A stretch of 64,000 nt of DNA from Cyanophora paradoxa CCMP329 (GCA_004431415.1 QPMI01000181.1:1-64000), one strand, 5' to 3'; numbered from the stretch's first letter, positions 1 to 12,518 are shown. Made by a program: numbers and translations. Notes: a model not told the origin generated them from the sequence alone.

Positions 1-1975
1 AATCCTCTGTGACCTCTCGAAATGCTCTCATTGTGTATGTTTTTTGCAGCCATTCTTTGATTGGCTTCCAGAACCCCACCATAATCTGTTTTAATCCATG
101 CAAGCTCTGCCCTTCCATAATTATCATTTGCAGTTCCCACTATGGGAATGTAGGAATACTTATCTCGACTGAAAACTATCATTGGTCTTGAGCCATCTAA
201 GCTGCTTACATCTGCTACATGAACCTGTATAGCAGAGTTGTAATTTTGGTAGGTTGCTGGGTCTGTTGGGACTCTGAATGTATCTGTGGGAATGTCAGCC
301 TCCATGTAGCTTGACACAAAGATATTTGGTATGGTTGCTCCTGGTGGTGGTGGGGTTTCAAAAGAGCCTGGTAATGTCCTAATATGAAGTGGTCCTCTCA
401 TAGCTGAATTTGCAAGTGTCCCATTCACATGTACATAGTGTTCATTCAAAAAGATTCTTTCAGGGACATTACAAGTCTGGTAAAGAGAAACCCCAAGTTA
501 TCAAGAGGCTCTACCTTTGCGAATTCTGGTTGGTCATTGATCTCATCCCAATATGTTCATGTTTGCTTGGTGGGAATCAGTTGGTATCCATCAATTTCAC
601 CCCAATCATGCCTGTGATCCTCTGGTGGATACTTTTGAGGTTTGCCTAAGATCTCATCCCAATCATGATTGTGATCCTCTGGGGATACTTTGCAGGTTTA
701 TTATTAATTTGTTCATAATCAGGAAAGAACTCCCAGATCTCAGGTCGAAATCCATCTGGTAATAATTCCTCATGGGGTTCATAAGGTTGCTCATAGTCAA
801 CAGCTGGTGGATCATGCCATCTGGTAAATACTCCTCATCAGGTTCATAGTTCTGCTCATACTCAAACTCTTGTGGATCTAAGCCATCTGGTAGTATCTCC
901 TCCTCATTGGGGTCAAATGATCATATTCATATTCTTGTGGGTCAAAACCATCTGGTAAATACTCTTCCTCATCTGGAACGAATTGATATTCATCAAGCTC
1001 TAATATATCGACTTCAGGAGGTAAATACTGCTCATCTATTTGCTTTCTGGGTTCAATTATAGGTTTATTGCGAACTTGCTCCCAACTAACAATATGCTGC
1101 CCAAAGGCTACATCTTCAGTTGCTGTGTATCTCTGCCTGGTTGCTTTTTGGTGTTAAATCGGTGGATCCATGGAAGAGGGAAGGGAACTGGGACAGGTCC
1201 ATAATACTCAAGATCTCTCTTAGGTTTCTCACTTACAAGCTTTCTCCCATTTGCATACACATTGCTGCCATGGATATTTCGCCATTGCCTGGTTCGAATT
1301 CCAAGGTCTTTCACATTGCTATACAAAGGCAAAAGGTGCCTATCCATTTCGACTAAATCAGGATGTAAATGGATTGCTACTGGTTGACTGGGGCTACTGT
1401 TGATTGTAATTGATGGCTTTTTTTGATGGACATCTTTTGGAGTAAAGAAACCAAAAGGCTCATTTCTTGCAAAGTCATATGTAATATCCTTGGGGTAGAC
1501 ATCATTTGTGTAGGAGACCTGATTTGTGTTGGCAATGGGACCCACTTGCAATACTTGGGGGACCTCAGCTTTTGCAGTGCTGCCCTCATTGTAAATTCGC
1601 AAAGCTGTGTTCTGTTTGCCCTGCTCATCTTGAACATTGAAAATCAATCGACCACTATCGAACCTGGAAGGTATATCTGGGTGAGTGCCACTGGTTTTTA
1701 GTTTCCTAGGTCTCCTTCTTGTTGCTTTGATCTCTGCCACTTGGTTTGCTTTCACATTACCCAAACTAAAAGCACACTGACTCCTCTTTATCTGGATCGG
1801 TTTGATTCACAGATAAAGCATGCTCCCTTGATTGAGTCTTTGATGAATTATCAGAGCTGTGGTCAATTGAAACTGAACCCTTTACTTTAATATTATCAAA
1901 GTTCACATGTGTGTGCTTGCTGCTTGCATTATCATCTTGAATGGTTTCTAGATTTGGTGGGTAATTGAAGCTCAT
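1..1975 (-). pseudogene. Frameshifted 5' part of the fibre/spike gene of element A (homologue of 23150-30879); continues beyond window start
   Basis: MSFNYP...HVNFDNI...QTDPDKE (1766-1975) and GNVK...IKATRRRPRKLKTSGTHPDIP...PVPVPFPLPW (1108-1764) align with ORF 23150. The breaks look like single-base losses. Confidence 0.8.
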
Positions 1976-2018
1976 GGCTTTTACTATATGGATTTATAAA
2001 ATTCCTGATAAGTAAAAG

Positions 2019-3561
2019 ATGCCTCTCAAGGTCGTTTAAGTCTTTCTGGGGGGGTGCAAGGGGCATTATCATAACCAGGCTGCTAAAAAAATCGAAAATC
2101 GAACTGGCAGGAGAATAATCGATCTTGTGGATCTTGTGAGTGGAACTTCCACTGGTGGGATCATTGCAATAGGTTTGAATATAAGGCATCCTGATAACCA
2201 GGTGAACCTAAACTGACAGCAAACGATTTACACAATATTTACCTAACTCAACTGCCCTTGATTTTCGCAAATCCTCGAAATATATCGAAAATGCCCTTTT
2301 TAATACAAAGTATGATGTGGGACCCTTGGAGACTGCAATCAATTCAGTTACTGGTGAATCACTAATACAGGATTCCCTAAAGGACATTGTGATTACATCC
2401 TTTGATACTCAGAATATGAAACCAATATTTATCACAAATGACAACAATTACAACTTTGCCTTGTAAGATTGCTGCTAGGGCTACTTCTGCTGCTCCTACA
2501 TATTTCTCTCCTGTAAGCATTGTTGATTTCAATCGGGGAGTATTGTCTGTCTCATTGATGGTGCCATTTCGGGAAACAATAATCCCAGTGTGTGTGGTTA
2601 CAGCCATGCAAAGAAGATTTACAGTGATGATGATGATATTATAGTAATAAGTATCTCTTGTGGTGAGGTGGACCCACATTTAGAGTCTGATTATGTGGGT
2701 TATGCTTATGAGACTGTAACAGCTGGGGCATTCTCTCATGGATTGCCTCAACAGATGGAAGCCCATTGATTAACATGCTCATGGCTGCAAGTGAGCTTTC
2801 TGCCCTTGATAAGATGGAGGAGTTGTTACCCTACAACTATGATCAGGATTATGGGAGATACTATAGGCTATCAGTCCCTCTTCCAAATCACATAGTAAGC
2901 TCCTGATGACACTTCTAAGATCCCAGATATGCTAGCATTCACTGAAACATACATAGCAGCAAACAATGATATGATTAATAAGCTTTGCAGCCTTCTAGTA
3001 GCAAACTATGAACTAAAGAACCCTACAAAGGCTTACATCTCATCCACTCTCACTACATCACCTCCTTTGGATGCCAATTGGTATCAGCTTGCAGATGATG
3101 CCTTTACTGCCTCATCCTCTGTGACAGGTAAAGAGCCTTTCATGGCTAGACCTTCAGCATTTGGCTGGGAAGCTGGAGCCTATGCTCCTGAGCAGATATG
3201 GGAAACCCCCACTGAATACCTTCAAGTTGCTTTCCATATACTTTTGAACTCTCTCTGTGATTGCCTATGGATCAGGGGACACCAATGCTTTTATTAAGAC
3301 TTTCAATGTGGCAACATCCACTGATGGGATCAACTGGTCTTTTATTCGATCAGATGGGCAAAACAAAATATATGTCTGTGAGAACATTAACAATGCTCAC
3401 AACTCAGGTGATGTGGCTCTATTGAGTGGATTTCCTCTCAGCATCAAGGATGCTTTTTACATAGGTTTTCTCTCAGAATTAAATATATTCGCATTTATCC
3501 CCTTGTGTATGTGAATGCTCCCACAATGAGAGTTGACTTTACAGGTGCCTTTATTCGATAA
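2019..3561 (+). pseudogene. Patatin-like phospholipase with C-terminal discoidin (F5/8 type C) domain, frameshifted copy in element A
   Basis: ATG CCT CTC AAG GTC start and fragments (KIAARATSAAPTYF; ETYI...NYELKNP...WETPTEYLQ; IAYGSG...FIKTFNVATS) are collinear with intact ORF 21563-23101. Confidence 0.85.
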
Positions 3562-4470
3562 ACTCCAACTGAAAAGAATTATCGATTCCATTCATATCAA
3601 TCAGTTCACCAAAGTAATCTTTAAACTCAACTGTGAGTTCCCTTATCACCAGGTTTCTGTCATTGATTTGAATAAATTCTGCATGCACCACTATGGTAAA
3701 CATAGCCCCTATATCTTTACTCAATTGCAATCTAAGGATTGCCCCTGGTTTGTGGTTGCGATTTCGGAATTATATTGTGTCTGCTGGCAAAGGGGCAGCT
3801 CTTTAATATGCATGTACAGATACTGCTCAGCATTCATATCAGACATCTTTGCTGTCAAATAATATTGCAAGGGCTTAGAGGAGAGTCTGGGTCCTGAGAA
3901 GGTGATTCCCCATGCTGGGTGATCAGGTGTAATAGGTTTGCCATCATACTTTAAAAGGTTCTCAGGTCGATAGGGATCCACCAACAGGAGGAGTGCTATA
4001 ATACCCATTGGTGTATTCAGTAGAACTTACACCCAAAAGCTTCCCTATTCTCTGGTTGCTTGCAATAAAACGAAACTCATGGTTACTGTAAAACTCCACT
4101 TTATAGGTAGTTGGGTTGTAGAATATCTTGAACTCAAAAGCTACTGTTTTGCCTGCAATGGTTTGGAAGCTTGAATAGTTCAGCCCATAATTATAAGGGT
4201 GTGTTACCCCAAAATGACCCTGATTGATGTAGCCACTGGGAAGGGGATACACTTGTTGTGTGATCACTTGGTTATATGAACCATCTTGGTAATTAAACTG
4301 AACTGTTAGATGATCAGTTCCACACTGTTATAGATACTGTTTGGAATCTCTGCATAAAGAACCCTGCATTCCCTTGGTCTCTCTACTGGAGTTGTGAGGG
4401 TGACCCTGTAAGAGTTTTCATTTTGTCCTTGGCTTCTATCCCTGCTATCAATATTAACGAGCCGGTTCAT
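3551..4470 (-). pseudogene. Minor capsid (penton)-like protein 1, frameshifted
   Basis: Reverse strand reads MNRLVNIDSRDRSQ...YRVTL...YAEIPNSIYN at the start and ...LTVEFKDYFGELIDMNGIDNSFQLEFIE* at the end. These resemble the IDSRDR start and C-terminal pattern of PLV/NCLDV single-jelly-roll minor capsid proteins. Confidence 0.7.
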
Positions 4471-4499
4471 TTTAATATATAAATATAGATAAAAGAAGA

Positions 4500-5487
4500 A
4501 TGCCTGTGGATTACATCGAGGTTAGCTCATTTAATACAATCTCTGGTGATGGTCCCACATCAAGCTTTGTGGCTAGACTCCCCAGTAGTTATGAGAATGT
4601 GAGGGCTGTGAGACTGGTCTCAGCCGAATTTTATAACAGCATCCCTATGGTGAGTGGTGAAACCAAAGCAGGAGATGTACAGTTGACAACATTTAGTATT
4701 TATTATTCTGAACAAACTCCTGGAGCTGGAAGCTCAGGAATTCCAACAGTCGCCCAGCTGCTGATTTGAACAATGGAAACAATTCATTATAAGTCGAACA
4801 CCCCCATCCAAAGCCACCAACAACTGGTGAATGTAATTAACTCAAATTCGAAGGCAGAAATCCCCAACCATCCATTCGCTGCAAATGGGATGAGTCACTG
4901 AAACGAATTATATTCCACTCAGCAGTTTTTACTGGCTTTCTCAGTTGCTGTGAACCCAAGCCAACAATCCAAAAGCTGTTGAGTTCAGCTAGACTGCTGG
5001 TCTTGATCCTGGAAGATATGGTAATCCCCAATCAATCACAGGTCTATGATGCTCTCACTGATGGAATCTTTACTGGTGGTCGTGAATGGCATTATATCTT
5101 CTTTTGAGCCTGAGAAGACCAGGGACAGTGTTTTGTTTGTGAGAGTAAAGGAGCTGGGTGATCTGGTGCAATGTGGGGATGGTCTTCTGACTGGTTACTT
5201 TCACAAATAGTGGTCCCTGATAAAGACTATGGTGAGCATGTTGTTTACAATTCAACAGAAGCTCACCCACTTTACAAATACTATAATAAAAAGGTTGGAT
5301 TATCCACTTCTCGGTTGATATTGTAAATGCTATTAATGAACCAATTGATTTTGAGGGTCAACCTGTTCATCTTACCTTTGAAATTCGCTATGGTGATGAG
5401 CCAGCTGGGGACCCAGTTTATGAATACTTCAAGATGCGAATGTCACAGCTTCAACCTTCCTATCCAGTTATTACAAACTTCGCATAA
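4500..5487 (+). pseudogene. Minor capsid (penton)-like protein 2, frameshifted
   Basis: MPVDYIEVSS...SSFVARLPSSYENVRAVRLVSAEFYNS start and ...VDIVNAINEPIDFEGQPVHLTFEI end match the minor capsid pattern. Confidence 0.65.
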
Positions 5488-5540
5488 ATTAAGGATCATT
5501 GGTAGATTTTTTATGTTGCAGTATAATAAAAGAGAATATA

Positions 5541-6955
5541 ATGGATATCACTTCCACTCTTCAAAGACTTTCGCTGAAAGAAGCCCTAACAACCCCAGAA
5601 GAGGCGAAAGCCTTTTCCTGGATAACTCCCTTATGCTTGGTCTCGAATCCAAATCTAAGCCAGTTCTAGTTGTTGTGAATCCCAGCAATACTTTTGAGAA
5701 TAATGTTGGAAATCGCATTTCCTTCAAGCTACCTCGCTACAATTTCTGTGGAAAACTCGAACTTGCTTTCGACCTTCCAGCCATCACGTTTGCTGGTGAT
5801 ACTGACCTAGTTCGCAATGGATACACTCGCCCAGTTGGTGCTTTAGTTCAGCGACTTGAAATTACCTATGGATCTTACACCTACCATATTCCATCTGATT
5901 TCCTTGCTCATTTCCCCCTGGTCTATTATTCGGAGGATCAACTAAGCTAAAAAGAAGCGATCAATGGGCATGGTTCATGGCATCCCTGCTCATGGAACCA
6001 ACGCCTTGGTGGCTCATTCTTTGTTTGAAATCCCTGTGCCTTGGCTAAATCACTACCTTCCCCTTGGTGCTTTATCTGGTGAAATGGTTGTTACTGTTTG
6101 GTTTAAGGATGCTGGAAAGGGTTATGTTGAAACTTCCTATGGTGGTCGCTCTCTCCCTTTGTTGGTGGGACAGTTGCTGATAAGACAGAAGATGATGGTC
6201 TTGGTGATACTGCTAATGCCACACTTGCCCATGTTGGTCAAATATCACAACTTTCAGTCTTGGTGCAACAACTCCTGTTATTTCTATTACTTCTCCTCGC
6301 CTTTACATGCATGCTATTAATGTTTCTGATGAGCTTTTCGCTACTGTCATTGAAAAGGTTAAGACAACTGGCATGGCTATTCCCTCCCTTGATATTGGAT
6401 TTGTAGATGCTAGTGCTTTCCCTGCCAAGGGCAATGCCAACCCAATCGAATTAACCTCTCTCAAATCTCAGTCTTGTATATGCTCTGCTTGTTTCAGTTC
6501 GTGATCATGAACTGTTGACAAATCCAATGGCTCCCACAGTGTTCTTAAGACCTATGCCAACTCCAAAGACATCACATTCACAACTGAAATAAATGGTCAG
6601 CGATTTTTGCCACTGAGCCAATTTCCCTACTCAAAGGTGCTGAGCTAATTGCTGATGCCTTCAAATGCTCTACATGGATAAGGTTGCTGATCGCTATGTC
6701 CTCTCAGGACTCCCATTCTGTCTTGATGGAGAAAAGGCAATTCGAAATATTGCCCAGTCTGGTTATGTTGATTTAACAAATTCCTCTTCTTCCTTCCTCA
6801 CCCTCTACATGCCCTCAGATAAGGTAATCGATGTTAATGTTCGCGCTCTCATGCATTCGTTTTATAATTTTGGACAAGGATGGTTTAAGGCGTATAAATT
6901 TGTAGATTGTTACGATATTCAGTCACATGCATTATTTTTATCTGTATTTATTTAG
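5541..6955 (+). pseudogene. Major capsid protein (double jelly-roll), frameshifted
   Basis: Fragments ISFKLPRYNFCGKLELAFDLP, LVQRLEITYG and FEIPVPWLNHYLPLGALSGEMVVTVWF. About 450 codons, located between the penton genes and the ATPase. Confidence 0.65.
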
Positions 6956-6969
6956 AAAGATATACAACA

Positions 6970-7751
6970 ATGAATGATTTGGATGAATTTGTGGCTGGTG
7001 AAATGATAGAACCACCATTTCGAGTCCTAGCAATTGGGAAATCAGCAACTGGTAAATCAGAAGCTGTAAAATATTGGTTGAAGCAGTTGCATGATGCCAA
7101 AAAGATTGATGTTGTATTAGTTGTGAGTGGAACCAGCTTCAATCATTTCTGGGATAAAGTTGCAACATTGCAACTGGGAAAATGGGATGCCCCTTACATT
7201 GCTAAATTGCTAGATGAAAGGCAAGAGAAAATAGAAAAAGGTGAACCTGTTAACCAGTTATGTGTGGTTCTAGATGATTTAATCGATAATGAGATTGTAG
7301 ACCTAACTCGTGATAAATTATTGGCTCTCTGTATTCCAGAGGTCGCCATTCGAAAATATCCATTATCTGCATCACACAAAAGCTAAGGAAAGTCTCTTCG
7401 ACTATTCGAGTTAATTCGGACTATGCTATGTTTTTAAGTGCTGCAAATCGCAAAGAACTGGAAGCCATAGAGGAAGAATACAATATAATGCGAAATAAAG
7501 AGGATTTTTACAAGATGTTTGAAGAGTATGTTCACTCCTATCAGTATATTATTTGGTCCTCTGCAAACTACTCAGTTAAATACTATGTAGATAAAGCTGA
7601 GCTTGTGAAAGATTTCCCATTTCCTCGCTTCCACAGAAAGCCAAAAAAGAAAGAAGATGAACTGAAACCTCCAGAGAAAGAGGAAGCCCCTAAAGAAGTG
7701 AAAAGCCAAGTCCATAGCAATAAATTGATGCGATATAAACGCGGTTTATAA
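6970..7751 (+). pseudogene. A32-like (FtsK-HerA) DNA packaging ATPase, frameshifted
   Basis: Walker A GKSATGKS and Walker B VVLDD. The A32 motif YSRGRHSKISIICITQ is in a shifted frame near 7330. Confidence 0.85.
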
Positions 7752-7778
7752 AATTATCTCTCATTCTAATAAGATACA

Positions 7779-8511
7779 ATGCCTCCCAAACGAAAGATAG
7801 GGATCCCAGCTGGGGCTGTTGGCTATTCAGGTGGTGGAAACAATGGATCCATAATACTGAACCAATGAAATTCAATGGTATGAATGAGGTGAAGCCCTCA
7901 CAGCAAGAAGAGGACCTCTTAATGCTGCCTATGAGGAATCAGTCGATGATAAAGCCCCACAGGCTTCAACCAGTGATCAACTCAACATCTCACCAGAAGC
8001 TTCGAAAATGAGGGCTGTTGCTGAGGGTGCCAGGCGAATTATTGGTGCTGCTGATGATAAAGGTTTAGGCTTGCAAGATCTATCACTGGCTCGCAAAGGT
8101 GAAGGTCTTAGTAAGGAATCAGACAAGGTAATCCAGTCCATGGCTGGTGAAGTCACATATAAGACTGCTCCCACTCAAAATATTCATCGAATTCCCAAGG
8201 CTCAATGGGATGAGATGACTGCTAAACTCAAAGATCTGGAAGCCAAATCCAGTGCTTTGGAGCAGTATGTTACTGAGAAGAAAGAGAGAGCCAAGCTAAA
8301 GGAGATGCTTCGAAAGGAAGTTTATAAAATGGGCATTACTGGTGTCCCAGATAAACAGTTTATTGCTAAGAAAGAGAACCAAATCGATGAGCAAGCAGTA
8401 GATGAAATGAAAACAAAGACCCAAAAGGGAACCATTGAACCTGGTGCCACTAAAGCTGAAGTAGAAAAGGGAGTAGCTCCCACAGTATATAAAAGACGAG
8501 TTTGGCTTTAA
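7779..8511 (+). CDS. Hypothetical protein, 5' part frameshifted, coiled-coil-like C-terminus
   Basis: ATG CCT CCC AAA CGA AAG start; ORF 8008-8511 has viral codon style. No family recognised. Confidence 0.45.
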
Positions 8512-8533
8512 TTTTCTCTGTTTTATTAGAGAC

Positions 8534-8806
8534 ATGGATATAATACGAAAGTTTATTGAGATGCTCAGTCTGCATGTGGTAAGCAATTGCCACAGTGGAT
8601 GCTGTGACACAACAATAGAGTTTGAGATGTCAGATACTGAGGATAATGTATCTGAGGCAAGAGAGAGAAGGAGATCAACAGTTTCTGTGGAGTCAATGCC
8701 AGCAGACCCCACAGAGTATACATATGAGCAACAGGAGTATCCAAGGAGAAGTTCTCTGCCAGCAGAAAACGTTTTCTCTGGGAATATAAATGGAGGACAC
8801 TATTAG
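8534..8806 (+). CDS. Small hypothetical protein
   Basis: 90-aa ORF in a tightly packed co-oriented gene run. Confidence 0.45.
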   Translation: MDIIRKFIEMLSLHVVSNCHSGCCDTTIEFEMSDTEDNVSEARERRRSTVSVESMPADPTEYTYEQQEYPRRSSLPAENVFSGNINGGHY

Positions 8807-9035
8807 TTTAATCGAGTTTACCAGTGATGAACCTGTTACTGAGGGTTCTATTAGACACATACTAGCAATGCAGAAACGATATAGAGAGGACCCAGAATAT
8901 AGAGAGTATAAAAAGCAGCAAGCCCTGGCATCCTATTATCGCAGAAAAGCCCAAAAAGAGGAGCAGAGACCCAGAGGGAGACCGATTAAATATTATTTGC
9001 CTACTGATAGTAGCAATGGACCCCCAGGTCTATAA
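8790..9035 (+). CDS. Small basic protein with C-terminal AT-hook-like motif
   Basis: RPRGRPIKY motif; shares QxxYRExxEYRExKKxxALxxY with ORF 9188. Confidence 0.6.
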   Translation: MEDTISLIEFTSDEPVTEGSIRHILAMQKRYREDPEYREYKKQQALASYYRRKAQKEEQRPRGRPIKYYLPTDSSNGPPGL

Positions 9036-9187
9036 GATAATTGAGAAAAAGCGGTCTCAGTATGCCACTGAGGCAGCTATAAAAGTTTACAGACAGGAAC
9101 TGGTGTTCGCAACAAAAAATGACTTAAGGAAAAAGTAGATAGATTGTATTGAGGAAAAATTATTTTCGTATCTACTATTAAAGAGAA

Positions 9188-9514
9188 ATGCCGAATATCC
9201 GCAAGATACTCACAGATGATGAAAAAGCAGAGAAGCTGAGACTGAAAAGGGAGCAAGATGCCCAAAGAAAACGCGAAGCCTATCATAAAAAGAAGCAGGA
9301 ACGATTATCCCAAGGAGCCGCTACAGTTCACACACCAGAAGAACTCAAAAAGATTGCCCTCAGACACCAGAGGAAATACAGGGAAAATGAAGAATATCGC
9401 GAGCAAAAAAAGGCAAAAGCGCTGGAATATTACCACAAGAAGAAAGATGAACAGCCCAAGAAACCCAAAGAGCATAAACCGGTTGGAAGACCTCGGAAAT
9501 ATATCGAAGAATAA
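9188..9514 (+). CDS. Small basic protein with AT-hook-like motif, paralogue of 8790-9035
   Basis: KPVGRPRKY motif in a K/R/E-rich helical sequence. Confidence 0.65.
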   Translation: MPNIRKILTDDEKAEKLRLKREQDAQRKREAYHKKKQERLSQGAATVHTPEELKKIALRHQRKYRENEEYREQKKAKALEYYHKKKDEQPKKPKEHKPVGRPRKYIEE

Positions 9515-9732
9515 ATTCTCGATCGAAACAAATTTTGTAGAAATCGATTTGATCGGAGGCAAAAAAAATGACAGCTTTCTTCCCTCTTTTTTAAAACTGT
9601 ACCTATATATCGAGACAGTATCCCGACCCAAAACTACTTAAGGACTTGGCAAATAATAGGATATATATAAAAGACAATTCCTCCTTCCGAAATTATTTTC
9701 TTCGTTAAAGGTAGAAGTCCCCAAAATCGAAA

Positions 9733-12327
9733 ATGAACAAAATCGAGAAATTCGCCACCCCTGTTGAAAATGCTACATTCCTTAGTACTCTCATTGGTGA
9801 TCGCAACAAGGTCACCCATGTATTTGATTCTGCCGAAGATGCCCTTGAAGCCATTGATAATAGCAAGGTTAAGACCTGGGCTGAATGCATTCAACCTGAG
9901 CAAGTGACCAGAGTTTACCTGGACCTGGATAAATTCGCTGATTTGAAGGAGAACATTGCTGATAACTATGCTGAGGCGGAAACTGTTGTAAGAGAGATGA
10001 GAGATAAGCTATGGAAGCGATCTGGTACCACTTCTATTAACGATATTGCTGTTGCAGTTCGCCATAGAAGGGTTTATTTGATTAAGGAGGATGTCACCAA
10101 GTTCAAGATTTCAGCCCACTTTATTATTAAATCGCTTGCATGCAAACATGAAGATATCCCCAAGCTTTTCAAAGCGATGGGATTGGTGAAAAATGAGGAT
10201 TATGACAGTGGAGTTTACAGCTCCACACAGAACCTAATCTGCCTCAATTGCTGCAAAGGTGAGACTCTGGATGCTCAAAATAAGTCGAAAAAAGATGTTG
10301 ATAAAAACGTTTGCTTTAAGAAATTCGTTGACTGTGACAAAGTGTTAATGCGAAATGAGGACTTCTTTGTATCTTACTTCTCAGCTACTACTAAACTTGT
10401 GGATGAATCAAATATTTCTGCATTTGCAAATTATACTCCTGAGCCAAAACCAGTTAAAAAGGAGCCAAAAAGTGATAAAGTGAAGACTGAGAAGGTAGAA
10501 GCTGAAAAAGACACTGAACCCGAAAATCCTGTTACTTTCGAACTGCTACAAAGTGTTATAATGGGTCTCAATGCTGAAAGAGCCAGCGAGTATAAGACTT
10601 GGATTGATGTTGGACTGGTCATCATCAATGTTGGGGAAGACAACAAATTTACCCCTAAAATGCAGGCTGAACTCTTCCACCAATTCTCAGAACAGAGTGA
10701 CAAGTATGATTATGATGAATGCCAGGAAAAGTTTACACAGCTTCGCAGAAGCAAGAAGAAGGCTGAGCCTGGCAAAGTGTTGACCTTCAAATCCTTGGTT
10801 TATTGGTTGAGCAAAGATAACAATGAGCTTTTCAAGGAACTCTTCCCCAAAAAGTATGCATTCCTACCAGAGGACACAGATGAAATCGATTACAAGACTG
10901 CAAGTATCCCTCCTTTGGCTGAACATTACAATGTGCATAAGAGGTATTTCAATGCTCGCATGCATCATGTTGAAAATGTTGGTTGTGTGATGCTCTGGGA
11001 TGAACAACTACTTTGCTGGATGCCCAAAGACATTGGAAAACTGTCTACAAAGCATTTCCCCCACTTGATGCATAAGGTGATTGTGAATGAGGGGACAGAT
11101 AATGAGAAAGAGAAATGGGAGCAATCATTTAGGAAATGGATTGTGGATCCAACAGCCACAAGATCAACTTACATGGATTTCCTCCCACCTCCTGCTACTC
11201 TCAGTGCAAAATGCAAGTCTGTATTTAATCTCTATCCAGGAATGAAGGTCGACCATCAGCAATTCGAAAATGCTCCAGAGGATGTAACTGCTGAGATGAT
11301 TAAGCCTTTCCTTGATCACTTGTTCTTAATGTCTGGTGAGGATCAAAATACCTATGAATATCTGTTGAAATGGTTTGCCCACATGCTGCAAAAGCCTGGG
11401 GAACTCAATGGAGTATCCTTAATCTTCATTGGTGAACAGGGAACTGGTAAGAATGTGTTGGTTGATACTTTCCAAAAGAAGATACTTGGAGATGCCCTGA
11501 GTTATGCAACTGGTAAGCCAAAAGAGGATCTGTTTGGTCGATTTGCCCACAATAGAGAGGATAAGATCTTGATTGTTGTGAATGAAGCCTCAGGCAAGGA
11601 CACATTCGAAAATAATGATATGCTTAAAGATCTCATTACTTCTGATAAGATTGTTATTGAACACAAAGGGATAGATTCATACACAAAAAGCAACTTTGCC
11701 AGGATTATATTCACCAGCAATAACAACATTCCAGTTAAAATTGAAGCTGGAGATAGGCGATTTGTGGTTGTTGAAGTTAGTAAGAAATTCGCAAAGGATA
11801 GGTCATACTTCCTTCCACTTGTAAAATGGCTTAATGATCACTGCAATATTCGAAACATTGCCCACTATTTGAGAACCAAAGTTGAATGTGAGGATGTGAA
11901 CTGGATTGCTGATAGACCCCTTACAAATAAATACTATTTAGCCCAGCAGGTGTGCGCTCCAATCATCCTTATGTTCACTAAGTGGCTTGTGGATCGAGGC
12001 TTAATTTCCGAGAATAAATGCAAGTCTGGTAGCCTTGTGGAAACCTGGAAATGGTTCCAGGAGTTCATTACCAGCAATAAATATAAAAACGATTATAATA
12101 GTCGCAGATATTATACAGAAATGCGAAGTGTTACATATATCCAAGTGAAAACTACAAATGGTAAACAATACTATCATTTCCTATTCCCACAAGTATTTGA
12201 GGAATTCAGAAAGATGAAGCTTGTAGATGATGAGACCATTGAGGAAGAAGCTAATCCAAGGATGAAACAAGAACTACCTGCTGCTGATCCTGATGCATCA
12301 GATTATGACTCTGATGTTGAAGTTTAG
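9733..12327 (+). CDS. Primase-helicase: AEP-type primase, PriCT-2-like domain, D5-like SF3 helicase
   Basis: RVYLDLD and SAHFII (AEP motifs); YKTWIDVGL...FSEQSDKYD (PriCT-2); Walker A GEQGTGKN, VVNE, IFTSN and DRRF. Intact 864-aa ORF. Confidence 0.9.
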   Translation: MNKIEKFATPVENATFLSTLIGDRNKVTHVFDSAEDALEAIDNSKVKTWAECIQPEQVTRVYLDLDKFADLKENIADNYAEAETVVREMRDKLWKRSGTTSINDIAVAVRHRRVYLIKEDVTKFKISAHFIIKSLACKHEDIPKLFKAMGLVKNEDYDSGVYSSTQNLICLNCCKGETLDAQNKSKKDVDKNVCFKKFVDCDKVLMRNEDFFVSYFSATTKLVDESNISAFANYTPEPKPVKKEPKSDKVKTEKVEAEKDTEPENPVTFELLQSVIMGLNAERASEYKTWIDVGLVIINVGEDNKFTPKMQAELFHQFSEQSDKYDYDECQEKFTQLRRSKKKAEPGKVLTFKSLVYWLSKDNNELFKELFPKKYAFLPEDTDEIDYKTASIPPLAEHYNVHKRYFNARMHHVENVGCVMLWDEQLLCWMPKDIGKLSTKHFPHLMHKVIVNEGTDNEKEKWEQSFRKWIVDPTATRSTYMDFLPPPATLSAKCKSVFNLYPGMKVDHQQFENAPEDVTAEMIKPFLDHLFLMSGEDQNTYEYLLKWFAHMLQKPGELNGVSLIFIGEQGTGKNVLVDTFQKKILGDALSYATGKPKEDLFGRFAHNREDKILIVVNEASGKDTFENNDMLKDLITSDKIVIEHKGIDSYTKSNFARIIFTSNNNIPVKIEAGDRRFVVVEVSKKFAKDRSYFLPLVKWLNDHCNIRNIAHYLRTKVECEDVNWIADRPLTNKYYLAQQVCAPIILMFTKWLVDRGLISENKCKSGSLVETWKWFQEFITSNKYKNDYNSRRYYTEMRSVTYIQVKTTNGKQYYHFLFPQVFEEFRKMKLVDDETIEEEANPRMKQELPAADPDASDYDSDVEV

Positions 12328-12518
12328 GTTTACTCAAAAGTGGACTCACAGTTGACTCAAATTTATCATAAAAGACCCAAACAGTCTTTTATTTATGGTT
12401 TATTTATCGATTAGGTTGACTAAGTGGGGGAGTTGACTCATTTTTTCACAGATTCTAAAAGAGGACTCTGCCCTAAAAAGAAATAAAAAGTGCCTCAACT
12501 CCACCCACTAAGTCAACC
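12328..12518. repeat. Iteron-like direct and inverted repeats (GTTGACTCA/GTTGACTAA), candidate origin, copy 1
   Basis: GTTTACTCA, GTGGACTCA and GTTGACTCA at 11-12 bp spacing right after the helicase stop. Imperfect inverted repeat 12414-12437 vs 12494-12518 around an AT-rich spacer. Confidence 0.7.
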
